A DNA stretch of 62,866 nt, filler included, from Phoronis australis (GCA_002633005.1; 3 parts of 3 records of this genome joined end to end with filler, not necessarily neighbours in it); one strand, 5' to 3'. Counted from the first letter of the whole stretch, positions 37,019 to 50,229 are shown. The notes: generated by a model from the sequence alone, not told the origin. Numbers and translations: made by a program.

Positions 37019-40000
37019 NTAAATTTGTAAGAGACATACTCCACGTGACCCGATATTGGTATGCAGTTGTAAATCAAATCTTCAAGCTTATTACAAAGTA
37101 AAAAATATTTTGTATTATTATACAGCGGTCTGATCTAAACTGTTTAATGTATCATATGGCTGTATACGGCATGCCTATGTTTCCTTTTAGACAACTGTGG
37201 CATAATTTCTAGGTCATGCAAAACAAATTTTGAGCTCATGGATTACGATAACACCATTAGTTCCCAATAACTTATACCCTGGATCTCATATTTTGGTGCC
37301 AATTTCTGGTTTTGAGTTCTCGTTTAGCCGCTTAATATATTCTAATTGTTTTGCTAAGGGTTTTCATATGTTACTGGAGTCTTAATCAGTGTTGACTTTC
37401 TGCAGGTAAGGATTTGCGCACTGCTTTGATCATTTGAGGGTGGGGGCTGGTGGTAGACTGATTTCTCTGAAAATCTGACGGAAACAAAGGTTTTTATAAT
37501 CAGCTACGACTACTAAGTCAACAGAAATCTCACCCAATAAAAATCCATTGATAAAATTCAGGAAGTTGGCCGGACTGACCTTTGATTATGGCCTTTTTGT
37601 TCAGGTATACCACCTGACCGAAAAAGAACAACAGTTATTGAATTTTGGACCCTGTTCAGTTTTTTACCAATTCCCTTAAAATTAAAGTGACATTATTAGC
37701 CTCAAGACACGTTTGAACGTAAGACTTCAGCTGTCACATTTCTATGTTTTCCTAGTTCTATGCTTTCCTAGTACAGCTAAAAGCTAATGCGCCAAGGAAG
37801 CACAATGTTTGTAACTGATAAGGTCACGAGCATCTCTTTCAGTTAGTTCTACCAAACGACTGGAAGCCAACAACATGAACTGGCGGTTTAAAAAAAAAAA
37901 CACAAAGCACAGAAGGAGGTGCCTTTTAACACTCCATCAATTCATAAGTTTAACAGACTGGGATGTTTGCCTTTTAGCAAATATTTTGTATATAGACGTT
38001 GTGTATGCTGCATAAACGTTTTTACTATAATGTACCAGCGCATTTATCTCGTAACTTATTACTTTTTCGAAACAGCCTCCAAATGAATTCTCTTCCTCAA
38101 ACCATTTTGTTGTCCTCAGGCAAAGAACTCCAAAGTCCTTTTTTATTCAAGCCATTGAAAGATGAAACGATTTACCAAATAGCCTGAAGGGGGCGGATGG
38201 TTATGATGACTTCAGGCTAGTCTACACAGACCCACGAGATGAAAATAAGATGGAAATATACGCTCTTGAGGAAATGCAGCCTCAGTACAGTGCAGTAATC
38301 TTTTAAAATTATAATTGCTTGAAAATGTCTTTCTTTCAAATCGAAAATTGATAAAAATGATATCATCTTTTGAGATAAGATTTAGCGTCAAAAAAAGAAG
38401 AAACCTAAACAAATTTAGATTTTTCATTGTATCGTTTTTGATAGTTGCCCTGGAGCAATTGCGTGAATGTTAGTTGACCTTCTTGCAAGTGTGAGAACGC
38501 TGGGACGGTATTGTCATAAACTGAGGTCGCGTTTGGAGAGTTGAGCAACGAAAAACTGAAATGACATTTGGCGAGTATGCATCGAGCTCATGTCGCCAAC
38601 GGCAATTTATGCAGCAACCATAAACAACCCGCGAAAAGCGCTCAGCGTCGGTCATTTATTGTCGCCATCTGCCGATCGTGTTAACAATCCACAGCCGCTC
38701 GAGAAATAACACGCTCGCACAACGGCTCCTACACAGGTGAGCCAGCGATGACCTATATTTATCTCATTGAGAGCGAGCGACTCTCTCGAGGTCGTGAACT
38801 TCTGAAAAGAGAGATGTGAGCATCTATCAAATCCCGCGGCCCGGAGACAAAGTTAGAGACGGCGGGGGAATAGTAGTGGCCTGAGGAAACAGCGGTGACG
38901 GGAGGAGTTGGACTACAAGGGGAAACGTGGAGGCTATTGGGGCGACCGGGGGATACTGTGACCGCCGGGTGGACAAAACAGTTTCAACAAGGAGAGAATA
39001 GCGACGGGGCGATAACGGTGGCGGGTCTAGGGCAAATGATATGTGCCACCAGTAATTTGCGTTTATTGTACCTTCCTACGTGCCTAGAAACATAACACAT
39101 TCGTTTTTATTCGCAGACAAATCCCTCTCTATATTGTCGTATATCGATCGTAAAACCCTTAGATTTTTTGTTTTTTAACTCTAACTAGTGATGGTTTGCG
39201 TTTTCATGTAGATTCACCGAAAATACGTACCTCAGTGGCGCAGCTGCTCTCCCCAGTTTGCCAGAAATTTCGAGCGCCACAGTCCCCCACCCCTCGTCGA
39301 CAGTGCTGTATAGTGGGGCGTACGCGCACGTAGGCGCAGCCAACCACTTTTTGGCATTCGAAATTAGCGCCTACACACCGTAAGTCACGTTCAGTGCTCA
39401 AGGTGATACGGTGGGCTTTGGGCGCCTACTTACCTCTAATTTTACCACTACAGCACTGCTCGTCGCCAGCGATGTCACGCAGCTTCAAGCCATCTCTCCG
39501 CTCCCTCATTACCGTGGCGGTTTGCGCCATCCCTCGATGTTTTGCCGTCACCAATTGGGGTGTCGCCCTGCCATACACCTCGCTTTCGGGATGCGGTCTT
39601 GAGAGGACCCCTCAGCTACGCTGTGGCAGTACGTACAGTTGTATCATTGTGAATCATGGACTGATAGTTCACGATAAAACATGCGTCGACGAAACTTCAT
39701 AATTCAGTCCAAACTTCAAGCAAATTTGACCATAAAAAATATAGTAAATCTAATTTTACCTTTAGGAAAAGTACGTATCTTTTGGCAGCGACTTTAAAAT
39801 ACGAATTACAATTTCGAATGTTTTAAAATGGAAGTCTTCGACTATTTCAGAATCGAAAAAGACAAAAATTTGAGCTAACGCATGATTTCAATGAAAGTTG
39901 GCTCCTTTATGAGATTACTTGAAGTTTCAAATGACCCCTACCACAGGTATGTTTGTGGGCGTGAATGGTTTGCTTAAGTTTTCTATCACGTTTCGTAATT

Positions 40001-40637
40001 TGTATTTTGTAAAGACTTCGAGTTGCGTAATTGTTTTAGAAATCTTCAAAACAAGTTTGTTACATGTGAAATACATCCTGGTTTAATTAGTCATTTATAT
40101 ATCTACCTCTCTAGTTCATTTCCTTTTTATGTTATTATTACAAGTTAATTGTCATTACAAATTAATAGCTGACTAATTAGTTAATTAAACAGTCAATAAG
40201 GGGTTTCACTATCTCATACCTTATTTTTCGCACTCTTGTTTTTATAATTAAAAATATTTTTAATACGTCAGATATGCAACGTAATAACTGTATGAATTAA
40301 ATAATTTATCATTTTCTTTTAGACTAATTACCCACCACCAAGGTCTGGTAAAGGGCTTTACAATGATATGGCTGTTATCAGGAAGTCGTTGCTGCTGTTA
40401 TGCAATTCGGATGAAAAACAGCGAAAAGTGACAGCAAGGAAGGTGGCACCTTTCCCAGTGACCTAATGTTAGAAATATATTTCTGTTAACTAGGCATCGG
40501 TAGTAGTCCATCCACGGCTTCCAAAATCTCCAGATCGCAGCACAGGTAATTCTCCGTTTGCCAATGTTTGATGCCATTTGATCACAAAGTATTCTAAAAA
40601 TATGGCCCGATTTTAGAAGACGTTTTCGGTGATAACA

Positions 40638-40737
40638 NNNNNNNNNNNNNNNNNNNNNNNNNNNNNNNNNNNNNNNNNNNNTTAATTAATTAANNNNNNN
40701 NNNNNNNNNNNNNNNNNNNNNNNNNNNNNNNNNNNNN
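40638..40737. other. Assembly spacer N44-TTAATTAATTAA-N44
   Basis: Same construct as 22490-22589. Confidence 0.97.
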
Positions 40738-40912
40738 TCGCGCAATGTAAATTTCCGCTTTGTTTATCGCAGTGAGCCTCGCTTTGGATTTTAATGTCCG
40801 CCGCGTGAATAGAATCTATGCGAGGCCTGCGCACGTCTGGTACAACGTGTATCAGACCGCCTGCAATTATTTTATATTTATTATAAACCACGAGCAATAT
40901 ATCTCTCTCCTG

Positions 40913-41420
40913 GTAGTGAATCACCCGTGGAATTCCTTGTCCCGAGTGTCATACCTTGTAGTATTATATACAGAGGATGAGGACTCCTTTGAATTGCTCA
41001 TGGTTTGCCAAACCCTTGTTTTGTGTAAATTTATTGAGTTTCGCATTTGATATGGACGGCTGTAGTGACCCAGTGAAGCACACATGAAATTTTTAGTCCT
41101 GAGTGTCATACTGTGTGATATATTTGTATAGTGTATTGGGTACGATCAGAAGTGAGGAGGTCTGAGTAAAACCACAGGCGTCATCAGCCTCTGAGTCTGA
41201 CCGCCCCAAATACACTATAATACAAAAATGTCGGACACTCGATTTTTGTGTGTAGTGAAGCACTCATGGAAGTACTAGTTCCGAGTGTCATGCCTTGTGG
41301 TAGGCCTATTATTAACGATGATCAGAAGTTGAGGATGCCAGTGATTTACAACAGGGGCGGAGGAATTTCCCGATGACTCATAAGTTAACCATATTATAAA
41401 CATAAAGGTTGGACACTGAA
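40913..41420. repeat. Degenerate tandem triplet (~160-180-bp unit)
   Basis: (t/c)agtgaa(t/g)cac...gagtgtcat...tgagga recurs near 40913, 41070 and 41252. Confidence 0.55.
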
Positions 41421-42529
41421 ATTTTGCCAAGCCTAGGCTGCCAGCTTCAACTGTTCTAAATCCAAGTAAAATCTGTGTGCACCTCCCTCAGACTGGTATT
41501 GCATAAACAGGGATATTCCTGACCACATTTGAACCAGTGTCCTTTGGGTGCCCCTGATGATAAAAATTATGTCTTTTTCAAAAAGTTGTGTCTGGCAGAC
41601 TTTGTGTAATTAAGTGGTAACATACTGAGTTAGGGATTTTTTGGTTTTAAACATGGTCATTTTATAAACCCAGAGTTAAAATACATTCAAAGCGAAATTA
41701 AATTATGTAAGCGACACTCAACTAGCATTTCGTGGGCAGACTAAAACAAGAGCTTCGGAATTGCTTCGGCACTGTTTATGAAAAATCCGGATTTGTATGA
41801 CAGTGCACTGCCATGAACGTCAAAAAATAACCTTGATGGGCTTCAACATTTTTGTTTGTAAATTACCTCTCGAAGGCAGTTTTAATATGATAAAGTGAAA
41901 GAAGGTATTCAAAAAATTGTTTGGTGTTGATTTCGTTTAGTTCCATGCACATTTGAGTAGAAAATACTAAGCAAACCAATGTTTAAAGTCCAACCTTTAT
42001 GTTTTAATATGTAGCCCAGTGAGTGACCTCATTGGTGATCGAGGAACAGATAAACTGAAGTGTCAGGTTGATATTTGCCAGTTTCACGCCAGCATGACTC
42101 TATTTGACTTTTTTAAAGTATGATAACAAAGAATATTTTTGGCTAAGCAATTGAAAGTAGCTCCTGAACATCAGTTTTCATGAAACACCTGCTAGTATAG
42201 AAAAATTGAGAACATTGAATTTTTTGCTTATTTGCGTAACTCTTTTTAAGGATTTCTCCATAAAATTAGTTAAGTTCAGAGTTTACATAGCTGATCTAGG
42301 GATGAAGTGAACTTGAAAATTTGCTTCTGTAGCCATTTTCTCCCATGCAAAGTTGCTTTTCTTAAGTTTGAATTCGACCTCCGAAACTGCTGTGGGGCTT
42401 TAAAGATGGTTATGAACCTCCATCTATTTTTTATATGCCCATTTTACATGTTCTATCTCATTTTAGTTGTTTGACAACGAAACTGCAAATGCCCAAATAT
42501 CAAAATCCAAAACAATGCAGGCTATTGGT

Positions 42530-43150
42530 TATCTCATGAAACGTAAACAATCCCCGTTTTGTTTCTATGTTTACTTCTTTGACAACATTGCTGACCTTCT
42601 GCACGCGCTGCATCGTTCAATAGAAGGGGCACTCAGCCTCATCTCCAAGCCACAAGATGGTGCTGATCAGTTAAGCCATTTGAGGCTTGGTAATGGGAAA
42701 TGAAATGTGTCAGAATTTTCACAGAAATTGTCGAAATGTCTCAAGTAATTTGAAAATTTTCTGCAGTTTTATATAAAAATAAAACTAATGGTATATTGTA
42801 GCAATTTAGATCTAAATTATTGCAAAAATGATGTATTTTGTTTCAAAAACTCATTAATACTATTCATAAATAAGAATTGAAAAATAAGTACAACCTTTAC
42901 TTCAGACAATAACTTAAACAATGCCTTCTGTCGCATGAATGACTGCAATGTGAAAATAATTACCATCTGTCTTTCTTCAATGACGTCAAGGCATCGGTCA
43001 ATCATTGTGCAGAAAGTAATTCCTATAACCAAGCCTCAAATGGCTAAACCCATAAGCGCCATCTTGAGGCTTGGGGACAAAGTTGAAAAGGTCACATCAG
43101 TGTCAATTGTGTGTAAACACAGAGCAAAACCATCAATTGATGCTCATAAG
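42530..43150. mobile_element. Foldback MITE-like long imperfect inverted repeat
   Basis: ccaagccacaagatggtgct...agccatttgaggcttggt (~42645-42691) is inverted as accaagcctcaaatggcta...agcgccatcttgaggcttgg (~43028-43074), and the arms extend outward. Confidence 0.65.
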
Positions 43151-43475
43151 ACTTTTTGTAAGATTGTGAAGTATTTTTTAGGAATGGTAAAAAAATAGAC
43201 AATAGACATTTTGGGAAGAAATGGGATGAATAAAAAGTCGTTCCTGAAAATATTTATTACAAGAATCTAAAGTCCTACAACCAGCTGTAATACTTGTGTT
43301 AAGAAAGAGTGAAACATTTATATCTTGCAGATTATACATTGCAAATAAGTTTCTTGTTGGAATGATATGCAGTGTCTTTACGTAATTCTTATTATGCATA
43401 ACTTATCTGGAAAATGTATAGTGGAGTCTTTTAGTTTGTACTCAAAGATACTAAGCAGTTTTTGTTTTATTTCAG

Positions 43476-43618
43476 GGATTGTGGTCAAGGAGCACAGTAA
43501 TGCTAATGCAAACTTTATAGTAAAAGAGGCACCATGTTCCGAAACGCTGGAGACAGGGAGGGAGGGTGAAGACTGTGAAGCTGCCAGTCCACTAATAAGC
43601 CCGAGACAGTTTTGTTAA
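43476..43618 (+). CDS. Probable terminal coding exon of an unidentified gene (GIVVKEHSN...SPRQFC*)
   Basis: Strong ttttgttttatttcag acceptor, open frame to TAA, AATAAA at 43695-43700. No upstream exon identified. Confidence 0.45.
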
Positions 43619-43744
43619 AAATAATTGGTTTCTTAGTTGTTATTTGTATAATTCACAATTTTTTGTAAGTATTTTACCTGAGCAGTTTCATAGTAATAAA
43701 AGTATTAAAGAACAAGAGTCTTTTCTTCTTGTAAGTCACAGCTA

Positions 43745-44021
43745 GTGTACTGGCTTAATAGAAGCCCATCAATGGCCCTATACTGGGCCAACACAATCTG
43801 TCAATACTGGCCCTTTACAGGGCCGAAACCGGTTATTTGTGTACTGGCCCAGTAATGGCGCGGTACTGGTCCTTTACTGGCTCGATACCGCAATCTTGTA
43901 TCGGGGCCAATATGGGGAAGGTGTGCAGAATGTTATTGGGCCAGTACTGGCCTACATCATTGGGCCAATACAGAAGACATTTCAGGGCCAGTATTGACCC
44001 AGTACCTGCATGTTTACTGGG
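43745..44021. mobile_element. One end of an EnSpm/CACTA-type non-autonomous element
   Basis: Ends ...catgtttactggg (CCCAGTAAAC on minus) with many mixed-orientation TACTGGCC subterminal repeats. Confidence 0.6.
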
Positions 44022-44704
44022 GAAGAACATGGAAATAATCAGCGACTAAAAGAAACGATTATAGAGATTGACCAATACCAAAATTGCTAACTTGATAGGG
44101 GCATGTACAGAAATCACGGTAAGAAGTATTATGAGACGGTTTATACGCTAGAAAAAGGCATAACTCGATTTTCGTTTTCAGCCATTTAAACAGGGCGAAA
44201 TGAATTTCTTGCAACCAAATTCATTTTAACTACGTTCCAAGCAATAAATGATCTCGTGACACTCAAAGAAGCTGTGATAGTGAGAGAACACTCCGGGAAC
44301 GACTTGACTGATAGTGAGAGAACACTCCGGGAGCGGCGAGTTTATTCATATGAAACTGAGTACGGTACAAATTTATAACAATCCACAGTATTTGACGGTC
44401 ATGCTGAGCCATCGCATTGCTCAGCTGATTACGAAAAAGTGGTAGGATAGCAACAAGAGCACCGTGGAGATGAGCGTGCAGTTTTCACTCGAGAGGTCCA
44501 GCCGCTACCACTGCCAGTCGGAGTCGCAGAGCAAATTCTTCACGTATCACTGAGCGTCCACTCCAGTGATGAGCTTGTGTTACATTACTGATGTGGTTAC
44601 ATCATCCATACAAACTGGGTTGATTACAATGTAACACCGCCATTTTTGGGTTTGTTCTAAAACCCCCTCGACTCCCACGACCCGCTGGCCACAACCCCGT
44701 TGAT

Positions 44705-44796
44705 CTAGTCTACACAAGCTCGACTCGATCCGAACATAGAACAAGCGCTGACTTGCAGGACCAACGAATCGGGCCGTGAGCTCCGCTGGCTTTTCC
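44705..44796 (-). CDS. Candidate terminal exon of the coiled-coil gene (RKSQRSSRPDSLVLQVSACSMFGSSRACVD*)
   Basis: Long polypyrimidine tract then aaacag acceptor. Phase 1 matches the donor at 45850. Confidence 0.4.
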
Positions 44797-45850
44797 CTGT
44801 TTTTGCAATTAAAAGAGTCAAGTCGGCAAGTTTGAAAGCAAAAAAAAAGAAAAGAAAAAAGACGAAACAACGCGACCAAATCAAACACACATATCGTTCC
44901 TGGCAAAAGTGTAACCGTGTCGTCTGCTCTTCAAAGGATGTCAGTTTTCAAGCTTTTTGAGAGAGTGCGAGGAACCGACGAATACGTAATATCTTCAGTA
45001 AATACTCATTGTAAACAGAAACCGTGAACTAAAAAGTATCGAAACGTTACAAGGAGTATACTGTAAACGAGTATACAACTGAAAGCCAATAATAAAATGT
45101 GTAATTATGTCCATTCGTGTTAACGTACACTCTCCCTAAGTTTAGTAGAACTTCGCCATTGGTATAGCACGTGGAATTATTTCCGTAACAACGAGAACAC
45201 GCTGACAATGCACTCTTTCAGATCACGTTTTCACGCCACTTGCTGTTTTTAATCACCAGAGTCTCCACTCACAAAATCTACAGCACGATCTAAAGTATGC
45301 TAGGTGTATACATTTCAATCATTTCTGTGAATTTGTGCGAGCGCAATCAAAGTTCAACGAAACGTTTCCGTGAAATGCAGCTGCACACTGTGGAGAGCAC
45401 TTACCAGGGTGACAGGGGGCACACCTAAAGACAGGGGGGCACATCTAAAACACCAAAAACTCAGGCGCCACATTTAATAATCAGTACGTCAACAATATCC
45501 ATCGAATTGTCTCAATATGTGATCGAATTCTGATTGCATACGGATACTGCAATGTAGGTCAAACACAAGGCCAAGCCAGTTGTCACGAACTAAGGTATAG
45601 AAGCAGTCATCCGAAAAATTGGACTAGGATAGAATCTAGTAAATAAATGTGTCTACATAGAAGTGAGCCACTATCTTTGATAGACCTTAGGTCAAAAAAG
45701 GCCAGCTAACTTAGACACTAAAATATTTGCCTGTGTTGATAAAGACAGCGGTATTTATTTTGGGCATGTAGGCATGTATCGACGATAACGTAAGGCTTAC
45801 AACAGTAACGTGATGTGTCTGAGAACAAGGATGCTTGAAAAATAACTTAC

Positions 45851-47201
45851 TCTTGCCAGGCTCCCCAAATCGGTTGAAATAGATTCGTCGAAGGGTGCCT
45901 GGGGACAGCTTAAGTTCACGGATTTTTTTCGCCGTGGCCACTTTAACTCCCTTGCGATCTAATTCAGTTTTAGATCGCTTTATTTCAACCTCGGCATCTG
46001 TTAGCTTGTGTTTCAACCTATCGACGACAGCTCGAAACGACTCCACATCCTGCTCAGTGGATTGGATTATCTCCTGCACGTGTGCGTATTCCTTCTCCAA
46101 TCGATTGGTCTGCCTGCCCAGGGACATAAGCCGCTCTTCAAGTCTTGACACTTCACAACGTAGGATCTCAACGTTGGCCAGTAAGCCTGTACATTGCATT
46201 GGAGAGTAAGGCACTCCACTCTGACTACGTGCTAACATGTCCAGGCCTGTCAACTCAACTTCAGTGGACTTCTTCTCAATTTCCTCTTTCGTCTTGTCTA
46301 TTTGATAGTCGACTGTCTCTTTGCTGCGTTTCAGCTTTCGTCTCTCTTTTCGATGCCTATCTAACTTGTCCTCAAAATGTTTAAGACAAGTCAACTTCCG
46401 TTGGAGAATCTGCTCTAGATTTTGTTGCTTTTTGCGAATATCTGTCAATTCCTGCTTCAGTCGCTCTTTTTGCAAATTTCCGAACACGATTTCCTCCCAA
46501 AGCTCTTTGACATACAATTTATCAGCGTCTATCCACTCACGGATGATGTCACTGGTTTCGTTGACCAATCGGAAGAATTCTTTCATAATCTCTTCACTTT
46601 GAACACCGTCTTCGAAAAACTGTATCCCGTTGAGTTTTATACTAGAATAACTGGCGAGTGAATCACCTATATCAAGAAGAAACACTCGGAGGTCACGTGA
46701 AAACCTTTCAATTTTGTCTTGATACTGTGCGACCGAACCGAGCATGTTGGCGTGAAGTTGTCGGTGAAAGCTTTGACAATAACGCATTAAGCGAGAATGG
46801 ACGCATTCAGACAATTCACCGTGGATTTTCTCACTCACGTCCTCGAATAGTTTTGCTCGATTGCATATCCTCATGGCGTTTTCGTAGGATTTTCTTTTTC
46901 TTATGTTACGCTCCACCTTGCGGTCTTTTGTCATTCGCACAAATTCTTCCCAGTTGCGAAGAGTAACTGAGCTCAATCCCCAGTTACACATGATGTCGTT
47001 CACGGTTTCACGACACTCCATGTAATCCTTGCCATTTTGAACAGCAAAATTATCCAAATTAGAAATACGGAAGGATTTACTTCGAGTACCTATGTCAGTT
47101 AATAGAACTAACATATCTTTGTGTTCGCGCTCTATAGATATCGGAAGTTTTGAAGAAAATTGGGTGTTTCGGAGCAGATACGCACTTGCTGCTTTTTCCA
47201 T
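45851..47201 (-). CDS. Uncharacterised long coiled-coil protein, large first coding exon (450 aa)
   Basis: ATG at 47201 (MEKAAS), long K/E/R/L heptad-rich region, gtaagt donor at 45850. The ORF-track tail beyond it looks intronic. Confidence 0.85.
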
Positions 47202-48875
47202 AATGAAAATTTCCAAGACTTGTTGAAGGACTGCCACTAGACGAACACTATAAGGAGCGTTACGAAGGGTCACGAGAGTTTCACAAAAATCGCGTGAAAT
47301 ATGGAAATGTCCAATTAAGTTACGCGTCGTTAGACTGCGACGATTTCAACATGCTTTACAACTGATATTACAATCATCTATTAAAGTTAAGTCACAAATA
47401 TTCATTATCATTTGTCAATCTCTCGCTTCTGTTTGCTAATCTACTCCAGTTGCTATAGACTGACGATAACACTTCTCATTTGAAGTCAATGGCTTTTATT
47501 TACCAGTGCAGTATATTCAACAAAACGTGGACTTTTATCAACTTTTCTTTGGCATTAATCGTTTCTCTTAAAGAAAGACTTAGCCTCCAAATATTGACAG
47601 AATACAAGCTGGGCAAACCGCAACTTACGCACATCAAATCAGGCCTTGAAAAGAAATGGACTACCGGACGATTCGCCTTGACTGGACTTGAACGTTAGAG
47701 TCAGCTACTTAGGCCTACATGGTTAACAAGCTCAAGGGTTTGCGAAGTGAAAATTCTCAGCCTTAATTGCAGAACAATCAGCGGTGTTGTATATACAACG
47801 CCCATACGACTTTTCAAGAAATCCTCAACACTATTTTGTCCAGAAAGCTGTACACATGTAGATCGGTGCCTCACTGACAGGCCTTCGCGCCAGCAAATTA
47901 CCTTAAACGATAGGGTACCTGCTTTAGTGACATGTTTTGGTTATATTACAATTTTCTGTTTATGTTAAGATTTTTAAGTCAGTTGAAGGCTCCCGGGTTC
48001 AGATTAGTTATGCACACGTCAACCAAGAAGTGACGTTCGTGGCCCGAATCATTCCCCGCCAGCGTTGTTTACATGCACTTTGAACCAGTGAGTAACATCT
48101 GATGCGTCATTGTATAAGCAATTTTGTTAGAGCGCCATTTACCTTTCTTGAAACCTTTTGCCTAGAGGTTATTAAATACCAGGATGTAAATGTCACGAGT
48201 TCTCGAGAAATATAGGAGTACAGCTGAATCATCAATTTCCAGTGGATGACGTAATCAGTCTAGGATGGCACGACTGTGTCGAGAATGCGTCGTTGCCTAT
48301 ATTTGTTAATGTCGGGACCAAAGCATGCGTGCGGTAAACATTACTTACCCAATGATTAGGAAAAGGACATCTATTTTACGTGGAGGAATGATGCCTCACC
48401 GTCGGTATTATCCCTTGCTCCGGCGCCACTTGCTTGGAGTGTAATTTTTTGAAACGCAAGTATTGTGAGTAGAAGCTACTGCAACGACTCATGGCCATGA
48501 AGATGGTGTCGCCCCTGCGTTTGACGAAGTCTCTGCAGTGTGCAAGGCTAGCCACCAACACATACCGGCAACATTTTGGTTTTGCTTGTTTCACTGGCCT
48601 GGTAATGCTCATTTGAGAAATCCTGCAAACTATAGACTATGTGGCCTCGAAAGTTGCAAATCTATCATCAGATGAAACATTTCATGGTAACTAAAACACG
48701 TGGGCTAACCGCCTGTTATGTACCTGTAACTAGTAAAATTACGATCGGAAAGTCTGTTTATACTTACATTCATTTGATACTTGATAATGCAGATGACGTG
48801 ATAGTGAAAAATGGTATGCTTTCAGTTCACTTTATTTCTTTTCGTTTTCGCAAAACCCATGATACAGTGCAAAAT

Positions 48876-49814
48876 TTAATCAAACTCAAGATCTAAGTAT
48901 TCCAGAAGCTGACGAGGTAACGGTAGGGTGTATATTCCAGAAGGCAAAGCGAAGTTTGCATTGATGGCGTTTCTGACTGTACACCTGCAGAGGTGAGTCA
49001 ATTCACAGGGTTCTTTGTATCGTTTGGGAGACAATAATCGAAGCCAATCCGGGTGAGAGGGTCGATACAAGGGCAGAGAAAGGAGGTTGTGTATTCGGGC
49101 GATATTGACACGTTTCACTGACCGTTGGTAGTATATTAAAGCTTCCTCAATCAGCCGCAGCGTTCGCGGATCACCAGACGATGTTGTTACTGTTGTCTGA
49201 CTTCCGGTATTAAACGTTACTAGAAGAACGTCTATTGTGGTGGCAGGCTGATGGTAACGAAGGGTGACCTCAACCTTTGCACCGTACCGTAGGAGTAAAA
49301 GCACAAGCTTCGGATTATAGTAACAGGAAGCCAAAGCAATCGGAGATTCCTGCCCTATGACGTAAGCGTCGATGAACCGCATCGGAGTTTGGTCGTAGAA
49401 TGGGCAATGAAGAAAGAGGTGTCGACCATGACGCAGGAAGTATTCGATCTTTGGAATCATCTCATTGCGTGTGGGGCAAAATTGATCGAAGAGGGCATAG
49501 AAGCTGCCGGCGAATCGCCAATACTCTCTCATGAGGCTCGCTACAAGCTCATTATTCTCGAAAGATTGCTGCCAACAACAGTCAAGCAGGAGTAACTTTA
49601 GAAAGCAGTAAGAATTCGGGTGGGGAGGCGAAAATTCGGCGGTGAAAGCGAGAAGGTCGTGAATAACAGCGTCGAATAGCACACCCTTGGACAGAAAACC
49701 TTCGACAAACTGTTGGATGAGGTGCAAGAATTCGTGTTCATACGTGGGACTTTGCTTGTATTGCTTTGATTCGATGACTAAGGATAGTAGACTAAACATG
49801 TTGTGAACCTCCAT
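48876..49814 (-). CDS. SOCS-box protein with a degenerate ankyrin-like repeat (ASB17-like), 312 aa, intronless
   Basis: gccATGG start. ESPIALASCYYNPKLVLLLLRYGA is ankyrin-like. C-terminal PCELTHLCRCTVRN...IYTLPLPRQLLEYLDL carries BC box and Cul5 box (LPLP). Confidence 0.9.
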   Translation of the reverse strand: MEVHNMFSLLSLVIESKQYKQSPTYEHEFLHLIQQFVEGFLSKGVLFDAVIHDLLAFTAEFSPPHPNSYCFLKLLLLDCCWQQSFENNELVASLMREYWRFAGSFYALFDQFCPTRNEMIPKIEYFLRHGRHLFLHCPFYDQTPMRFIDAYVIGQESPIALASCYYNPKLVLLLLRYGAKVEVTLRYHQPATTIDVLLVTFNTGSQTTVTTSSGDPRTLRLIEEALIYYQRSVKRVNIARIHNLLSLPLYRPSHPDWLRLLSPKRYKEPCELTHLCRCTVRNAINANFALPSGIYTLPLPRQLLEYLDLEFD

Positions 49815-49981
49815 GGCGTTCAATTTTTAACGTATGAATGTTATTCCATTTTTATTTTTTTGTAGTAATACAGGCGTGTTATACTACTTCCGTGTTACAT
49901 TTCAATCAGTGTTGATAGCTTAGTTTTTGTGACGCCTAGTACAACACATTTTAATAATTCTTTAGAGTTATGCATGTGCTG

Positions 49982-49989
49982 TGACGTCA
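49982..49989. promoter_or_regulatory. Palindromic CRE (TGACGTCA) in a probable bidirectional promoter
   Basis: Lies roughly midway in the 379 nt between divergent ATGs at 49814(-) and 50194(+). Confidence 0.5.
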
Positions 49990-50193
49990 TTATTAAGTAA
50001 CATAATCGACATAATACCAAAAGCTTCAAAAATATACGATCTCCGGTTAAAGGGCACACATTGTGTGGCGTTCCGTAATAGTAATGAATTAAACAATTTG
50101 TTGCGTCATAGATTTCGCGCGTCATTCGTTTGAGACGTACGATTCTATTCGCTTTGCTCCGTGTTATCATCCGATAAAGCCAAGACAAACAAG

Positions 50194-50229
50194 ATGGACG
50201 ATGAATGGGTGAACGATTTCTACAAAAAC
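50194..50229 (+). CDS. Unrecognised membrane protein, exon 1 (MDDEWVNDFYKN)
   Basis: caagATGG context, gtaagt donor, phase 0. Confidence 0.65.

Noticed and set aside
45711-45850. ORF-track C-terminal extension of the coiled-coil protein
   Set aside because: Follows a consensus GTAAGT donor and changes composition, so it is probably intron read-through.
48490-48601. Possible + strand exon that would nest the SOCS gene inside the orphan gene
   Set aside because: Weak donor and no clear acceptor. The exon at 50194-50229 has a better start context and donor.
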